Of a stretch of DNA of 64,000 nt, positions 55,155 to 64,000 are shown in pieces. Origin of the DNA: Spirochaetia bacterium (GTDB lineage Bacteria > Spirochaetota > Spirochaetia > UBA9216); contig OY776510.1 in the NCBI GenBank assembly GCA_963675665.1, positions 320,001-384,000 of the forward strand, read 5' to 3'. The position numbers were made by a program, and so were the translations under genes. How positions within the stretch are numbered: position 1 is the stretch's first letter; every line of letters starts with the position of its first letter. The notes beneath the pieces are model-generated. The model was not told where the DNA came from. It searched no databases and was given only the letters and a program-made list of their open reading frames with translations.

Positions 55155-56432
55155 CTACAATACTCTGCAGGCAGGTTTATTTCTGATTCCGAGCTCTGCG
55201 CAACATCCTTCTCCAAAAATACGCTCCATGTAAACAGTATACTCGTTTACACGGTTTACTGGAATATATGCCTGGACAGTTCCGGCAAATCCTCCGCCCT
55301 GCACACGGCAGGCGCCGTCGCCGGATAGAAACTGCTCACTGAATGCGAGTCCGATACTCAAAGCCTGTTCAGCCGGCCTTCTTCCGATATATATGTTCTG
55401 AAGATATTTAAACGACGAATTACCCGATTCATTTACCAGCCTTAAATATTCGGCAAAATCATCATTTTCAAGAGCCTTAAACTGGGCAACTGTCCTTTTG
55501 TTTTCGTTGATAAAATGAAAAGCCCGAAGAACGGCCCTGTCTCCGCAGCTTTCGCGAATACCCCGGATATTATCCGACAGCTGGTCCATTGTGATTCCGC
55601 GGCAGACATCCCTTCCGAGCCTCCCGGCTGCACAGCGCATTTCTTTCGGTATTGCGCTGTATTCATCCGACAAATCTGCGTGGCTCGATCCGACTGCGGT
55701 GACCATCAGGCTGTAGCCTTTCGCGGCAAAACTGTAGCTGATCGGTTTTATAACAGGCGCTTCCGGATTTTTAAAATCGATGCCCACTACACCGCCTGCA
55801 GCACAGGCTACCTGGTCCATCAGGCCGCAGGCCTTGCCGAAATATTGGTTTTCGGCAAACTGACCTATCTGTGATACCTCGACATAGCCGACTTTTCCGT
55901 TGTTATACAATTCGCTCAACACCGTTCCAATCAGAACTTCTATTGATGCCGAAGAGCTTAACCCGGATCCGGGCAGGACCTTTGAATCCATATTGCAGTT
56001 AAACCCGCCGGTTTTATAACCAAGCTCTTTGAAGCGGAAAAGAATGCCTCTGAGCAAAGCTGTAGTTGTGTCTTTTTCGCCTGCACGCACCGAAAGATCT
56101 GCCGTATCGAGCGTTACGGGATCATAGCCTTCGGAGATAAACCTAACCTTGCTTCCATCCGTTTTGGAAGCAACACATACTGAATCAAGCTCTACACTTC
56201 CTGCCAGTACATTTCCATGATTGTGATCCGTATGGTTTCCTCCCAGTTCAGTACGTCCCGGAGTACTGATCACCATTGCTTCCGTATCGCCGAATAACTC
56301 ATTATGCATATTCAACAATTTAAGATACCGTTCTCTTTGGGCCGGAAGCGCAGCCTCATTGTAGATTTCACCAAGAACGACATCGGCTGAACAGGTTGTT
56401 ACATCCCTGATAAGTTCTTTAATCGTCTTCAT
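55155..56432 (-). CDS. galK: Galactokinase
   Basis: Motifs PGRTELGGNHTDH, PGSGLSSSA, CGLMDQ, RVQGGGFAG. Lies between galT and galE. Confidence 0.9.
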   Translation of the reverse strand: MKTIKELIRDVTTCSADVVLGEIYNEAALPAQRERYLKLLNMHNELFGDTEAMVISTPGRTELGGNHTDHNHGNVLAGSVELDSVCVASKTDGSKVRFISEGYDPVTLDTADLSVRAGEKDTTTALLRGILFRFKELGYKTGGFNCNMDSKVLPGSGLSSSASIEVLIGTVLSELYNNGKVGYVEVSQIGQFAENQYFGKACGLMDQVACAAGGVVGIDFKNPEAPVIKPISYSFAAKGYSLMVTAVGSSHADLSDEYSAIPKEMRCAAGRLGRDVCRGITMDQLSDNIRGIRESCGDRAVLRAFHFINENKRTVAQFKALENDDFAEYLRLVNESGNSSFKYLQNIYIGRRPAEQALSIGLAFSEQFLSGDGACRVQGGGFAGTVQAYIPVNRVNEYTVYMERIFGEGCCAELGIRNKPACRVL

Positions 56433-57472
56433 TCTGCTGCCTCCCTGCTGAAGTGGATTTCCGGTACTGCCCGGAGGGTTGAAGCCGCACCTTCCGCGCT
56501 GATATCCCTTTGCGGCATTGCAAGAAGCTCATACCCAACCATAAATTTCCTTATTTCGGCGGATCGCAGCAGCGGAGGGAAATAGTGAAAGTGAAAATGT
56601 ACTTCAGGATACTCGCCGCCGTCGGTAGGTTTCTGATGGATTCCCATCGAATACGGAAATCTTGTCTGAAAAAGATTATCGTATTTGATGCCGAGCAAAC
56701 GCAGAACGACTGCAAGATCCGTCTTCTCTTTATCATTCATAAGCGAAATACTGCCCATATGCCGTTTCGGCAGGATCATTGTTTCATATGGCCAGACGGC
56801 CCAGAACGGAACCAGAACTACGAAGCTTTCATTTTCATGAATTACCCTGCTGCCGTCTTCAAGTTCCTGCTTCAGATAATCGCATAGCATACATGAATTC
56901 TTCTCTTCATAATGCATTTTTTGATTTAAAAGTTCCATAGCCGGAAGCACCGGTATTTCACGCTCGGCCCATATCTGGCCGTGGGGGTGCGGATTTGAGC
57001 AGCCCATCATCGAGCCCCGGTTTTCAAAAATCTGTACATGATTTATGAATTCCATTGAACCGAGTTCTATATACTGGTCAACCCAAAGCTGAACTACATT
57101 TTTTATATCTTCTGTTTTCATCAATGCAAGGGTAAGATCATGCCTGGGAGAAAAACAGATTACACGGCATAAACCCTGTTCGGTTTTAGCCTGCAGAAGT
57201 CCGTTCTTATACACGCCTTCTTCTGTTTTCGGGAGAATGGCCATAAAATCATTATCAAAAACAAAAGTCCCGCTATAGTCGGGGTTCTTTATATCTCCGG
57301 CCCTTTTATTCCCCGGACAAAGATAACAGCCCGGATCATATTCCGGTAATCTTTCAGTAACGCTCTTGTCGACCTGTCCGTTCCACGGTCTTCTTGTCCG
57401 GTGCGGCGACACCTTTACCCATTCTCCCGTCAGGATATTCAGTCTGCGGTGAGGGTCTTCATTGAAATTCAA
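56429..57472 (-). CDS. galT: Galactose-1-phosphate uridylyltransferase
   Basis: Motifs HRRLN.LTGEW..VSPHR..RPW, CYLCPGN, FENRGSMMGCSNPHPHGQ, RKFMVGYE. TTG at 57472 follows GGAGG. Confidence 0.95.
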   Translation of the reverse strand: MNFNEDPHRRLNILTGEWVKVSPHRTRRPWNGQVDKSVTERLPEYDPGCYLCPGNKRAGDIKNPDYSGTFVFDNDFMAILPKTEEGVYKNGLLQAKTEQGLCRVICFSPRHDLTLALMKTEDIKNVVQLWVDQYIELGSMEFINHVQIFENRGSMMGCSNPHPHGQIWAEREIPVLPAMELLNQKMHYEEKNSCMLCDYLKQELEDGSRVIHENESFVVLVPFWAVWPYETMILPKRHMGSISLMNDKEKTDLAVVLRLLGIKYDNLFQTRFPYSMGIHQKPTDGGEYPEVHFHFHYFPPLLRSAEIRKFMVGYELLAMPQRDISAEGAASTLRAVPEIHFSREAAE

Positions 57473-57517
57473 ATTTCTGCCTCCGGTTTGAATATAAATA
57501 AATGCTTGACAATAATA

Positions 57518-57531
57518 TGTACACGTGTACA
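57518..57531. promoter_or_regulatory. LacI-type operator of the gal locus
   Basis: Perfect palindrome TGTACACGTGTACA with central CG, between TTGACA (57506) and TACAAT (57528). Confidence 0.75.
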
Positions 57532-57558
57532 ATACTATGAGATGAGGCGCAGGTCAAT

Positions 57559-58554
57559 ATGAAAAAAGCTGATTCAGATAAATCAGTCCCGCTCAGGGAC
57601 CAGGTTGCCGCGGCAGCAAATGTCAGCAGCGCAACGGTTTCCAGGGTTTATAATAATCCTTCAAGTGTAAGCAGGGAAAAATGCGAAGCAGTCAGAAATG
57701 CCGCAGAAGCTCTGGGCTATGTTCCGAACAAGTCGGCAAGTGCTCTCAGACGTAACGGCAGCGGTATAATCACCCTTGTTGAACTTAAAAAAAAGCAAAG
57801 ACAATACTACTGGGCAGATCTGCCGATTTTCAAATGGTTTTATGCCGATGTTCTTCACTCGGTAAAAAATGTAATTGACGGCAGTATGTACCAGCTGAAT
57901 ATAGCCTCGGTCAAAGGCCCGGATGATTTGAAAGCATTAAAAGCCGGAACAGACGGTCTTATCTGCTATGATGTTGACGAGCCCGCAGAGGCTGAAATGA
58001 TCGCGGAGGCCGGCATTCCTTACGTTATAGGCCACCACACAAAATCGTTCGCCGGCTTTTCAAGATGCAGTACCGATAATTTTGAGGGGGGCCGTATCCA
58101 GGCCTTAATGCTTAAAGATGTCGGCTGCAACCGGCCGGCCTATATAACAGCTCATCTTGATATGGTCCGGCCCCACCGGGAGCGGCTTGAAGGATTTTTA
58201 TCGGTATATTCCGAACAGAATGTGATAATTACCGGAGACGGAGTTGGCCGTGAAGCCGGATACAAAGCGGTGCATAATCTTGCAGACACTGTAGACGGCA
58301 TTGCTGCAGTAAACGACATTACAGCTGCCGGCGCAGGATACGCATTAATGGAATCCGGGCTAAAGGTGCAGCAGGATATTCCGCTGGCAGGCTATGATAA
58401 TATGCCTTTAAGCATTGCTCTTCCGTTCAGGCTTTTATCCGTTGATCTGAAACCGTCCATTATATATGAAAAAGCGGCCGATAAACTTTTGGAACTTCTA
58501 TTAGGAAAAAAACCGGAAGAAAATTCAACTGTACTTCCTGAAAAAATAATTTAA
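57559..58554 (+). CDS. LacI-family regulator, divergent from galTKE (GalR-like role)
   Basis: HTH VAAAANVSSATVSRV and hinge LGYVPNKSASAL. Confidence 0.9.
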   Translation: MKKADSDKSVPLRDQVAAAANVSSATVSRVYNNPSSVSREKCEAVRNAAEALGYVPNKSASALRRNGSGIITLVELKKKQRQYYWADLPIFKWFYADVLHSVKNVIDGSMYQLNIASVKGPDDLKALKAGTDGLICYDVDEPAEAEMIAEAGIPYVIGHHTKSFAGFSRCSTDNFEGGRIQALMLKDVGCNRPAYITAHLDMVRPHRERLEGFLSVYSEQNVIITGDGVGREAGYKAVHNLADTVDGIAAVNDITAAGAGYALMESGLKVQQDIPLAGYDNMPLSIALPFRLLSVDLKPSIIYEKAADKLLELLLGKKPEENSTVLPEKII

Positions 58555-58570
58555 TCTTCTTTTCATGATC

Positions 58571-58624
58571 TTGACAAATTTCCATGATAATTATATATTT
58601 ACATATGAACAATTGCTCATATGT
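58571..58624 (+). promoter_or_regulatory. Promoter and SmtB/CzrA-type operator
   Basis: TTGACA-17-TATATT followed by ACATATGA-acaattgc-TCATATGT (58601-58624). Confidence 0.75.
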
Positions 58625-58641
58625 TCAAGCATGGAGGCGAA

Positions 58642-58995
58642 ATGACTGAGAATGAAATTAAAATATCATGCAACCTGACGGAAAATGATGCCGGAGAACT
58701 GAGAAAAAAATTTCCCATAGAAGAGGAAATCCAGGATCTTTCAGAGTTCTTCAAGGTTTTCGGTGATTCGACCCGCCTCAGAATTCTTTTCCTGCTTAAA
58801 GAAGGAGAATTCTGCGTTCATGACATATCAATAATGGTTGACATGAACCAGACGGCAGTAAGCCATCAGCTGAAATCACTCAGACAGGCGCGACTGGTAA
58901 AATACCGGAAAGACGGGAAACAGGTTTTTTATTCGCTTAATGATGAGCATATCAACGAGATACTGGCCATCGGACTCCGTCATATAAATGAATAA
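58642..58995 (+). CDS. ArsR/SmtB-family metalloregulator
   Basis: Motifs FFKVFGDSTRLRIL, CVHDI, AVSHQL, and alpha5-type DEH..H..E. ATG at 58642 follows GGAGG. Confidence 0.92.
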   Translation: MTENEIKISCNLTENDAGELRKKFPIEEEIQDLSEFFKVFGDSTRLRILFLLKEGEFCVHDISIMVDMNQTAVSHQLKSLRQARLVKYRKDGKQVFYSLNDEHINEILAIGLRHINE

Positions 58996-59025
58996 TATAA
59001 CGGCTGATTTTTACAGGAGAAACTG

Positions 59026-60378
59026 GTGATAATTACTTATATAAAACTTTTTTTAAGCGAAGCAGTGTCGCTCTTCTTCGATATGGCTCCATATATCATG
59101 CTTGGCATAGGTATTGCCGGACTGCTGCATGTAATTCTGAGCAAGGATTTTGTAGCCCGGCATATCGGAGGCAATAATATTGCTTCTGTTTTTAAGGCTG
59201 CTCTTTTCGGCGTTCCTCTGCCGTTATGCTCATGCGGAGTGGTTCCTACTGCAGTCTATCTGAAAAACTCGGGCGCCTCAAAAGCCGCTGTTACATCATT
59301 TCTTATATCAACGCCTCAGACGGGGATAGACAGTATCTCCGCAACCTGGGGAATGCTGGGCCCGGTATTCGCCGTATTCAAAGCCTTTGCAGCCCTGATA
59401 ATAGGAATGGCCGGAGGAATGGCCGATTATCTGCTGGACAGGAAGGCGGAAACAAAAGGCCCTGTTTCCGGCGCCCCAACAGCAAACAACCGCAGCGTTG
59501 TAGATACTGAAGGGATAACTCAATACAAGGGAGCAGGCGGAAAGATAAAAGAAGCCTTTAATTATGCTTTCTTTGAGCTTCTCGATGATATTGCTGTAAA
59601 CTTTATTATCGGCCTTGCAATAGCCGCAGTTATATCAATTGTAATTCCTGATAACTTCTTCGAAGGATCTTTTCTTTCAAATCCGCTGGTGAGCATGGCT
59701 GCAATGGTAATAATCGGGATACCCATGTATATCTGCTCAACCTCAAGCATTCCGATTGCCGTTGCATTGATTGTGAAAGGAATATCTCCCGGCGCCGCCT
59801 ATGTCTTCCTGGTGGCGGGACCGGCAACAAACGCTGCTTCCCTGGCAATAATTGGCAGGGCGCTAGGAAGAAAGACGACGATCAGGTATCTTATAACAAT
59901 AATTTCCGGTTCGCTTGTATTCGGCTTTACCATGGACCTTATCTATACACAACTCGGGATATCCCCGTTCGGCGCTGCCATGGCCCACCATCACGGCGAA
60001 ACGGCTCCGGGGCCTTTTCTGACGGCAGTATCCGTTTTCTTTCTGATAATGCTGATTGTACTGTTTTATCGAAGGATAAGAACAAAAATTAAAGGAGACC
60101 GATCGAAATGCGAATGCGGCGGGGAAGAAAGCTGTGAAACTGATAAATCCGTTAAGGAGAAAATAATGACGAGAATAAATATTGAAGGAATGAGCTGCAG
60201 CCACTGCACTGCAAGCGTTGAAAAGGCCCTGAGTACGGTAAGCGGAATAAATGCAATAGCTGTCAGCCTCTCGGGCAAATATGCTGATATCGACGGAGAA
60301 TTTGATCAGTCAGCTGCCGAAGCTGCAATCAGAAACGCAGGCTATGAGGTTGCAGGAAGCAGGGAACAACCTTTTTAA
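59026..60378 (+). CDS. DUF318/SO_0444-family metal permease with C-terminal HMA domain
   Basis: Motifs GVPLPLCSCGVVP, FLISTPQTG.DS, PMYICST, AGPATN, HHHGE, GMSCSHC. Confidence 0.88.
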   Translation: MIITYIKLFLSEAVSLFFDMAPYIMLGIGIAGLLHVILSKDFVARHIGGNNIASVFKAALFGVPLPLCSCGVVPTAVYLKNSGASKAAVTSFLISTPQTGIDSISATWGMLGPVFAVFKAFAALIIGMAGGMADYLLDRKAETKGPVSGAPTANNRSVVDTEGITQYKGAGGKIKEAFNYAFFELLDDIAVNFIIGLAIAAVISIVIPDNFFEGSFLSNPLVSMAAMVIIGIPMYICSTSSIPIAVALIVKGISPGAAYVFLVAGPATNAASLAIIGRALGRKTTIRYLITIISGSLVFGFTMDLIYTQLGISPFGAAMAHHHGETAPGPFLTAVSVFFLIMLIVLFYRRIRTKIKGDRSKCECGGEESCETDKSVKEKIMTRINIEGMSCSHCTASVEKALSTVSGINAIAVSLSGKYADIDGEFDQSAAEAAIRNAGYEVAGSREQPF

Positions 60379-60407
60379 GCGAACGTTTATATAATGATTC
60401 GGAACCA

Positions 60408-62018
60408 TCAATATACACTTTTTCTGTATTCAGTCGGGGTTACGCCGAAGTACTTCTTGTATACCCTGAAAAAATAATCGGGTTCGTTGTATCCGACTTT
60501 ATAACAAATCTCAGAGACATTTATTTCGGTTTCTTCCAATAGCCTGTTGGCTTCCTTCATTCTCACCTTCGTGAGGTATTTAACAAAGTTAACTCCCGTC
60601 TTTTCCTTGAAAATCTTGCTGAAATACTGCGGGCTCAGCAACACGCTCTCGGCCAGATCTTCAAGTGAAATCTCGGTATAGTAATGACTGTTTATATACT
60701 TTTTCACCCTGTCCATTATTCGTTCAATCTTGTCTTCATGACTGCTGCCCAGCAGATCTATAGCTTCATCAACAGATTTCTGTATTATCTTTTTCAGCCT
60801 TACAATACCGTCAAGCGATTTAATTTCTTCATAGACATTAATATTGAGGATGTCATATTCCCGGGTTATTTTTAACTTGTCGATAATCAGCTTCTGAATA
60901 TCGGTTATCATTGAATTCATATAGACCCGGGTATTGACCAGATTATCCGATTCCCGGTTTATCAGGATAAACCAGTTGAATATATCCTCAATATAATTAT
61001 GACAAGATTCTTTATCTCCCATTTTAATCGCGAATATCAGGCCCTCTTCTTTATGGGCCGGATATCTGTCAATATCTCTCAACTCAATAGCAATATCGTT
61101 ACACTGCCTGATGGATTTTGTATTTTCCAGCGACATTAGATCCTTGTTGGCTTCTTCATATGCGAAGACAAGGTTATTAATGCCCTTGTAGGGATTGCTC
61201 ATTCCCATGTCTACTTTCTCTTTATATAAATTCCCGATTCTTGTACATAACCGGGAACCGGTTTTCATTGAATAGGTTCTTACGGAATATTCTTTTTTAA
61301 AATCTTTTGTTGAGATAATTAATGCTATTTTATTTGAGGAAATTATCGATAACGCACATTTGAACTCTTTATGCAATTCGCCTGATAAGAAATTGAAAAT
61401 TTGTTTTATCGTCGGCTCTCGTTTATTGTTATTATCAACGACAAAATCAATTTGCTCATGTATTCTGAACAGAATTACAATACCACTTGAAAAATCTTTA
61501 TCCATTATTTTGAAATAACTGGACATTTCTTCTTTAAAAATATTTCCCTCAACTGCCAGTGTCGTAAACTGACTTTCCACCAGAGGAAGAGCTACTTTTA
61601 ATTTATTGTCTAATAACTGTTTTGTTTTTCGTTCCTGCTCTTCTTTCTCTATCTTGAGTATTGTATTATCCAGAGCTTTTTTTAACTGTTCCAGGGTATA
61701 AGGTTTTAAGAGATAATTATCTATACCCAACACAATAGCATTATTCATATAATCAAAATCACTATAAGCGCTTGAAATAATTACATGTATTTCTTTTTCA
61801 TTTCCCTTGATAAATCTTGAAGCTTCAATTCCATTTAATATAGGCATTTTAATATCCATTATGACTATATCAGGAAGTTTCTGTTCGCACAATTTAACCG
61901 CATCTCTGCCGTTTTCGACTTCTCCGATTAATTCTATTTCGGGAAAATAATCTTCTATTAATTTTCTTAAACCGTTTCTTTCTATTTTTTCATCATCGGC
62001 AATTATTATGCTATACAT
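60408..62018 (-). CDS. YesN-like response regulator (REC + AraC HTH)
   Basis: 536 aa. Motifs IADDE, MDIKMP, YLLKP, SPQYFSKIFK, VGYNEPDYF. Confidence 0.92.
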   Translation of the reverse strand: MYSIIIADDEKIERNGLRKLIEDYFPEIELIGEVENGRDAVKLCEQKLPDIVIMDIKMPILNGIEASRFIKGNEKEIHVIISSAYSDFDYMNNAIVLGIDNYLLKPYTLEQLKKALDNTILKIEKEEQERKTKQLLDNKLKVALPLVESQFTTLAVEGNIFKEEMSSYFKIMDKDFSSGIVILFRIHEQIDFVVDNNNKREPTIKQIFNFLSGELHKEFKCALSIISSNKIALIISTKDFKKEYSVRTYSMKTGSRLCTRIGNLYKEKVDMGMSNPYKGINNLVFAYEEANKDLMSLENTKSIRQCNDIAIELRDIDRYPAHKEEGLIFAIKMGDKESCHNYIEDIFNWFILINRESDNLVNTRVYMNSMITDIQKLIIDKLKITREYDILNINVYEEIKSLDGIVRLKKIIQKSVDEAIDLLGSSHEDKIERIMDRVKKYINSHYYTEISLEDLAESVLLSPQYFSKIFKEKTGVNFVKYLTKVRMKEANRLLEETEINVSEICYKVGYNEPDYFFRVYKKYFGVTPTEYRKSVY

Positions 62019-62033
62019 TTCCCGCCCGCCGGA

Positions 62034-63512
62034 TCATATTGCTTCAACATTCCTGTTTGTATATGGGATCAATATTTTCACGAAAGTTCCATGTTTCTTT
62101 AAATTATTAATATGAAATAAATCTTTTCGTCCAAAAAAATATTCTATCCTCTTTTTTACATTATTAATTCCTATTCCCCCGTTATCGCTTGAGAGGATGT
62201 CCTGCAGTTTACGTTCATCAATTCCAACACCGTTATCGATAATTTCTATTACCGCCACATCTTCATCACAAAAACAGTCCGGATACACGTTTATCTCAAG
62301 GGTCCCCTTCTCCGGCATGGGTTCAATTCCGTGAATTATTGCATTCTCGACCAAAGGCTGCAGAATAAAATAAGGAACCCTGATATCCAGAAGCGAATTC
62401 TCAATATTAAATTTATAATCAAAATTTTCAAGAAACCTTGTTTTATAGATCAGGATATATTCTTTAATATTCTCAATTTCATCGCGTAAAAAAATTCTTT
62501 CCTTTCTTTCATTTTCCAGATTATACCTGAGCAGCTGTGATGTGGACTGGATTAAGCTGTTCGTGGTCATTGCATTTTCAATCATTGATATCTTTGATAT
62601 TGTATTCAGGGTATTAAAAAGAAAATGCGGGTTCATCTGTGATCTCAGCATTTTTATTTCCGCTTCCTTGATCATGTTTACATTTCTGAGGTTCTTCATC
62701 TCTTCTTCTTTAAGTTTCTTTTCAAGTTCAGACTGATCTATTATTTTCTGTATTAGTAACCTGATCTTTCGCAACATTTCGTTAAAGGAATTTGCCAGTA
62801 CTGAAATTTCATCATTGGATTTGACGATTACCTCGGACACATTAATATCTCCTGAAGCAAATCGTTCAGCTTTTTTTGATAAATTCATTACCGGAGTTGA
62901 TATATGTTCCGAGAACTTGTAAATATAAAATACCAATAATGAAATCAACATTATCAAAGAGAAAACCAGCATAATATTGAGTTTTTCACCCAGGCTGCTC
63001 ATTTTTTCATATAAAGCGGAACTGTCGTCAAGAAGCGTTGAGACAATAAGATCTATTCTTTTATTAATATATACCGCAACACTTCTGTTGTACTTGAGCG
63101 CATCATAATACGGCTCGCCTTTGCCGATCAGTATAAACAGCTTGTTTATATTATTTTCGTATGTCCCCAGCATATTCCCAAGACCATATATCTCCGACCA
63201 TCCCGCAGAATAATAAACCTTTTCAGCATAACGATTGACTTCAGAATGAAGATCTTGAAGTTCAATAATCTTTTCATTCCTTTTCTCCAACTCTTTCGAT
63301 CGTACAAATAATGAATTAAAGTCGTAATCCAGCCTGTTGAAAGATGCGGACAACTCTTTATAAAAAAACAAATTGTCCAGGATTTCCTTGTGTTCATTAA
63401 CAATATAATCATTATATATCATTACCCCGAACACAATTACGGTCATAACCGCAAAAGGTATAATTGACAATATAATCAGTTTCTTCTTTAAAGTCTTAAT
63501 TTGTAAAAACAA
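62034..63512 (-). CDS. YesM/LytS-like sensor histidine kinase with HAMP domain
   Basis: 492 aa, 2 TM. Motifs DEISVLANSFNEM, QMNPHFLFNTLN, LQPLVENAIIHG, DNGVG, GIGINNV. Confidence 0.92.
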   Translation of the reverse strand: MFLQIKTLKKKLIILSIIPFAVMTVIVFGVMIYNDYIVNEHKEILDNLFFYKELSASFNRLDYDFNSLFVRSKELEKRNEKIIELQDLHSEVNRYAEKVYYSAGWSEIYGLGNMLGTYENNINKLFILIGKGEPYYDALKYNRSVAVYINKRIDLIVSTLLDDSSALYEKMSSLGEKLNIMLVFSLIMLISLLVFYIYKFSEHISTPVMNLSKKAERFASGDINVSEVIVKSNDEISVLANSFNEMLRKIRLLIQKIIDQSELEKKLKEEEMKNLRNVNMIKEAEIKMLRSQMNPHFLFNTLNTISKISMIENAMTTNSLIQSTSQLLRYNLENERKERIFLRDEIENIKEYILIYKTRFLENFDYKFNIENSLLDIRVPYFILQPLVENAIIHGIEPMPEKGTLEINVYPDCFCDEDVAVIEIIDNGVGIDERKLQDILSSDNGGIGINNVKKRIEYFFGRKDLFHINNLKKHGTFVKILIPYTNRNVEAI

Positions 63513-63562
63513 TTCCGCCCCTGTTAATGCTATTAATGATATTTAAAATTTTAAAGATTTAA

Positions 63563-64000
63563 TTAAACAACCCCCGTAGCAGCAGCCATTATCAATTCTT
63601 CAGTAGCTTCATCAGAATCAAATTCACGTACAATTGTGCCGTTATTTAAAACGACGAACCTGTCGCAAATGCCGAGCAGCTCCGGTAATTCGGAAGAAAT
63701 AATGATAAATGATACCCCGTCGCTTGTCAATTTGTTAATGATGTTGTAGATTTCGTATTTCGCCCCTACATCGATACCCCTGGTCGGTTCATCCAGGATC
63801 ATTATACGGGGCTGCTGCAGAAGCCATCTTGCCATGATTACTTTCTGTTGGTTGCCTCCGCTCAGGTTTTTGATCTTCGTCTCAACATCCGGCGCTTTAA
63901 TATTTAACTTATCCATAAGTTCATTAACAATCCCGGTTTCTTCTTTTCTTTTAATCACACCGGTTTTAAACATCCTGTTAAGCATTACTATGGTTGCGTT
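63563..64000 (-). CDS. Sugar ABC transporter ATP-binding protein, C-terminal part (5' end outside the window)
   Basis: Motifs LSGGNQQK, LDEPTRGIDVGAK, ISSELPEL. The frame stays open to the window edge. Confidence 0.9.
   Translation of the reverse strand, partial: NATIVMLNRMFKTGVIKRKEETGIVNELMDKLNIKAPDVETKIKNLSGGNQQKVIMARWLLQQPRIMILDEPTRGIDVGAKYEIYNIINKLTSDGVSFIIISSELPELLGICDRFVVLNNGTIVREFDSDEATEELIMAAATGVV

Noticed and set aside
54033-57472. galTKE as part of the BMC operon
   Set aside because: A terminator follows galE, the BMC operon has its own promoter and DeoR, and the gal genes have their own LacI operator and no encapsulation peptides.
1-64000. CRISPR array, tRNA or rRNA genes
   Set aside because: No regularly spaced direct repeats, cloverleaf or rRNA-like segments were recognised. 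Intergenic gaps are short and mostly explained by promoters and hairpins.

Overview
Bacterial chromosomal window, probably from a free-living anaerobic spirochaete (inferred from 'FAGGQQE'/'STGQQD'-type binding-protein N-termini and a FlgD-Ig-repeat/OmpA-like protein). It is densely packed with catabolic and transport loci. (1) A BMP nucleoside-binding lipoprotein (truncated at the left edge) is separated from a Nup-type nucleoside ABC transporter by a ~14.6 kb two-module cluster. That cluster holds four UroD/MetE-superfamily proteins, a sugar ABC transporter, an L-rhamnose mutarotase homologue, two LacI paralogues and an AraC regulator whose sensor domain is a paralogue of the transporter's own binding protein. 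(2) An AT-rich island (~20.6-32.0 kb) carries a TAXI-TRAP transporter, a class-III aminotransferase, a LeuA-like DRE-TIM enzyme, an Ldh_2 dehydrogenase, two GntR regulators with readable operator motifs and an intact IS4 element with TIRs and a 9-bp TSD. (3) Next come deoB, a probably leaderless glnA-like gene, a CrtI-like oxidoreductase/2Fe-2S reductase pair and a TRAP/glycerate-kinase/MBL-hydrolase operon. (4) A sugar-phosphate-utilisation (SPU-type) bacterial microcompartment operon encodes DeoC, RpiB, an acylating aldehyde dehydrogenase, 2 BMC-H, 2 BMC-T, 4 BMC-P and DeoR. (5) The window ends with galTKE, a metal-efflux pair and a YesMN-like two-component system. No rRNA, tRNA or CRISPR array was seen. 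All family calls come from motif recognition by eye, not database searches.
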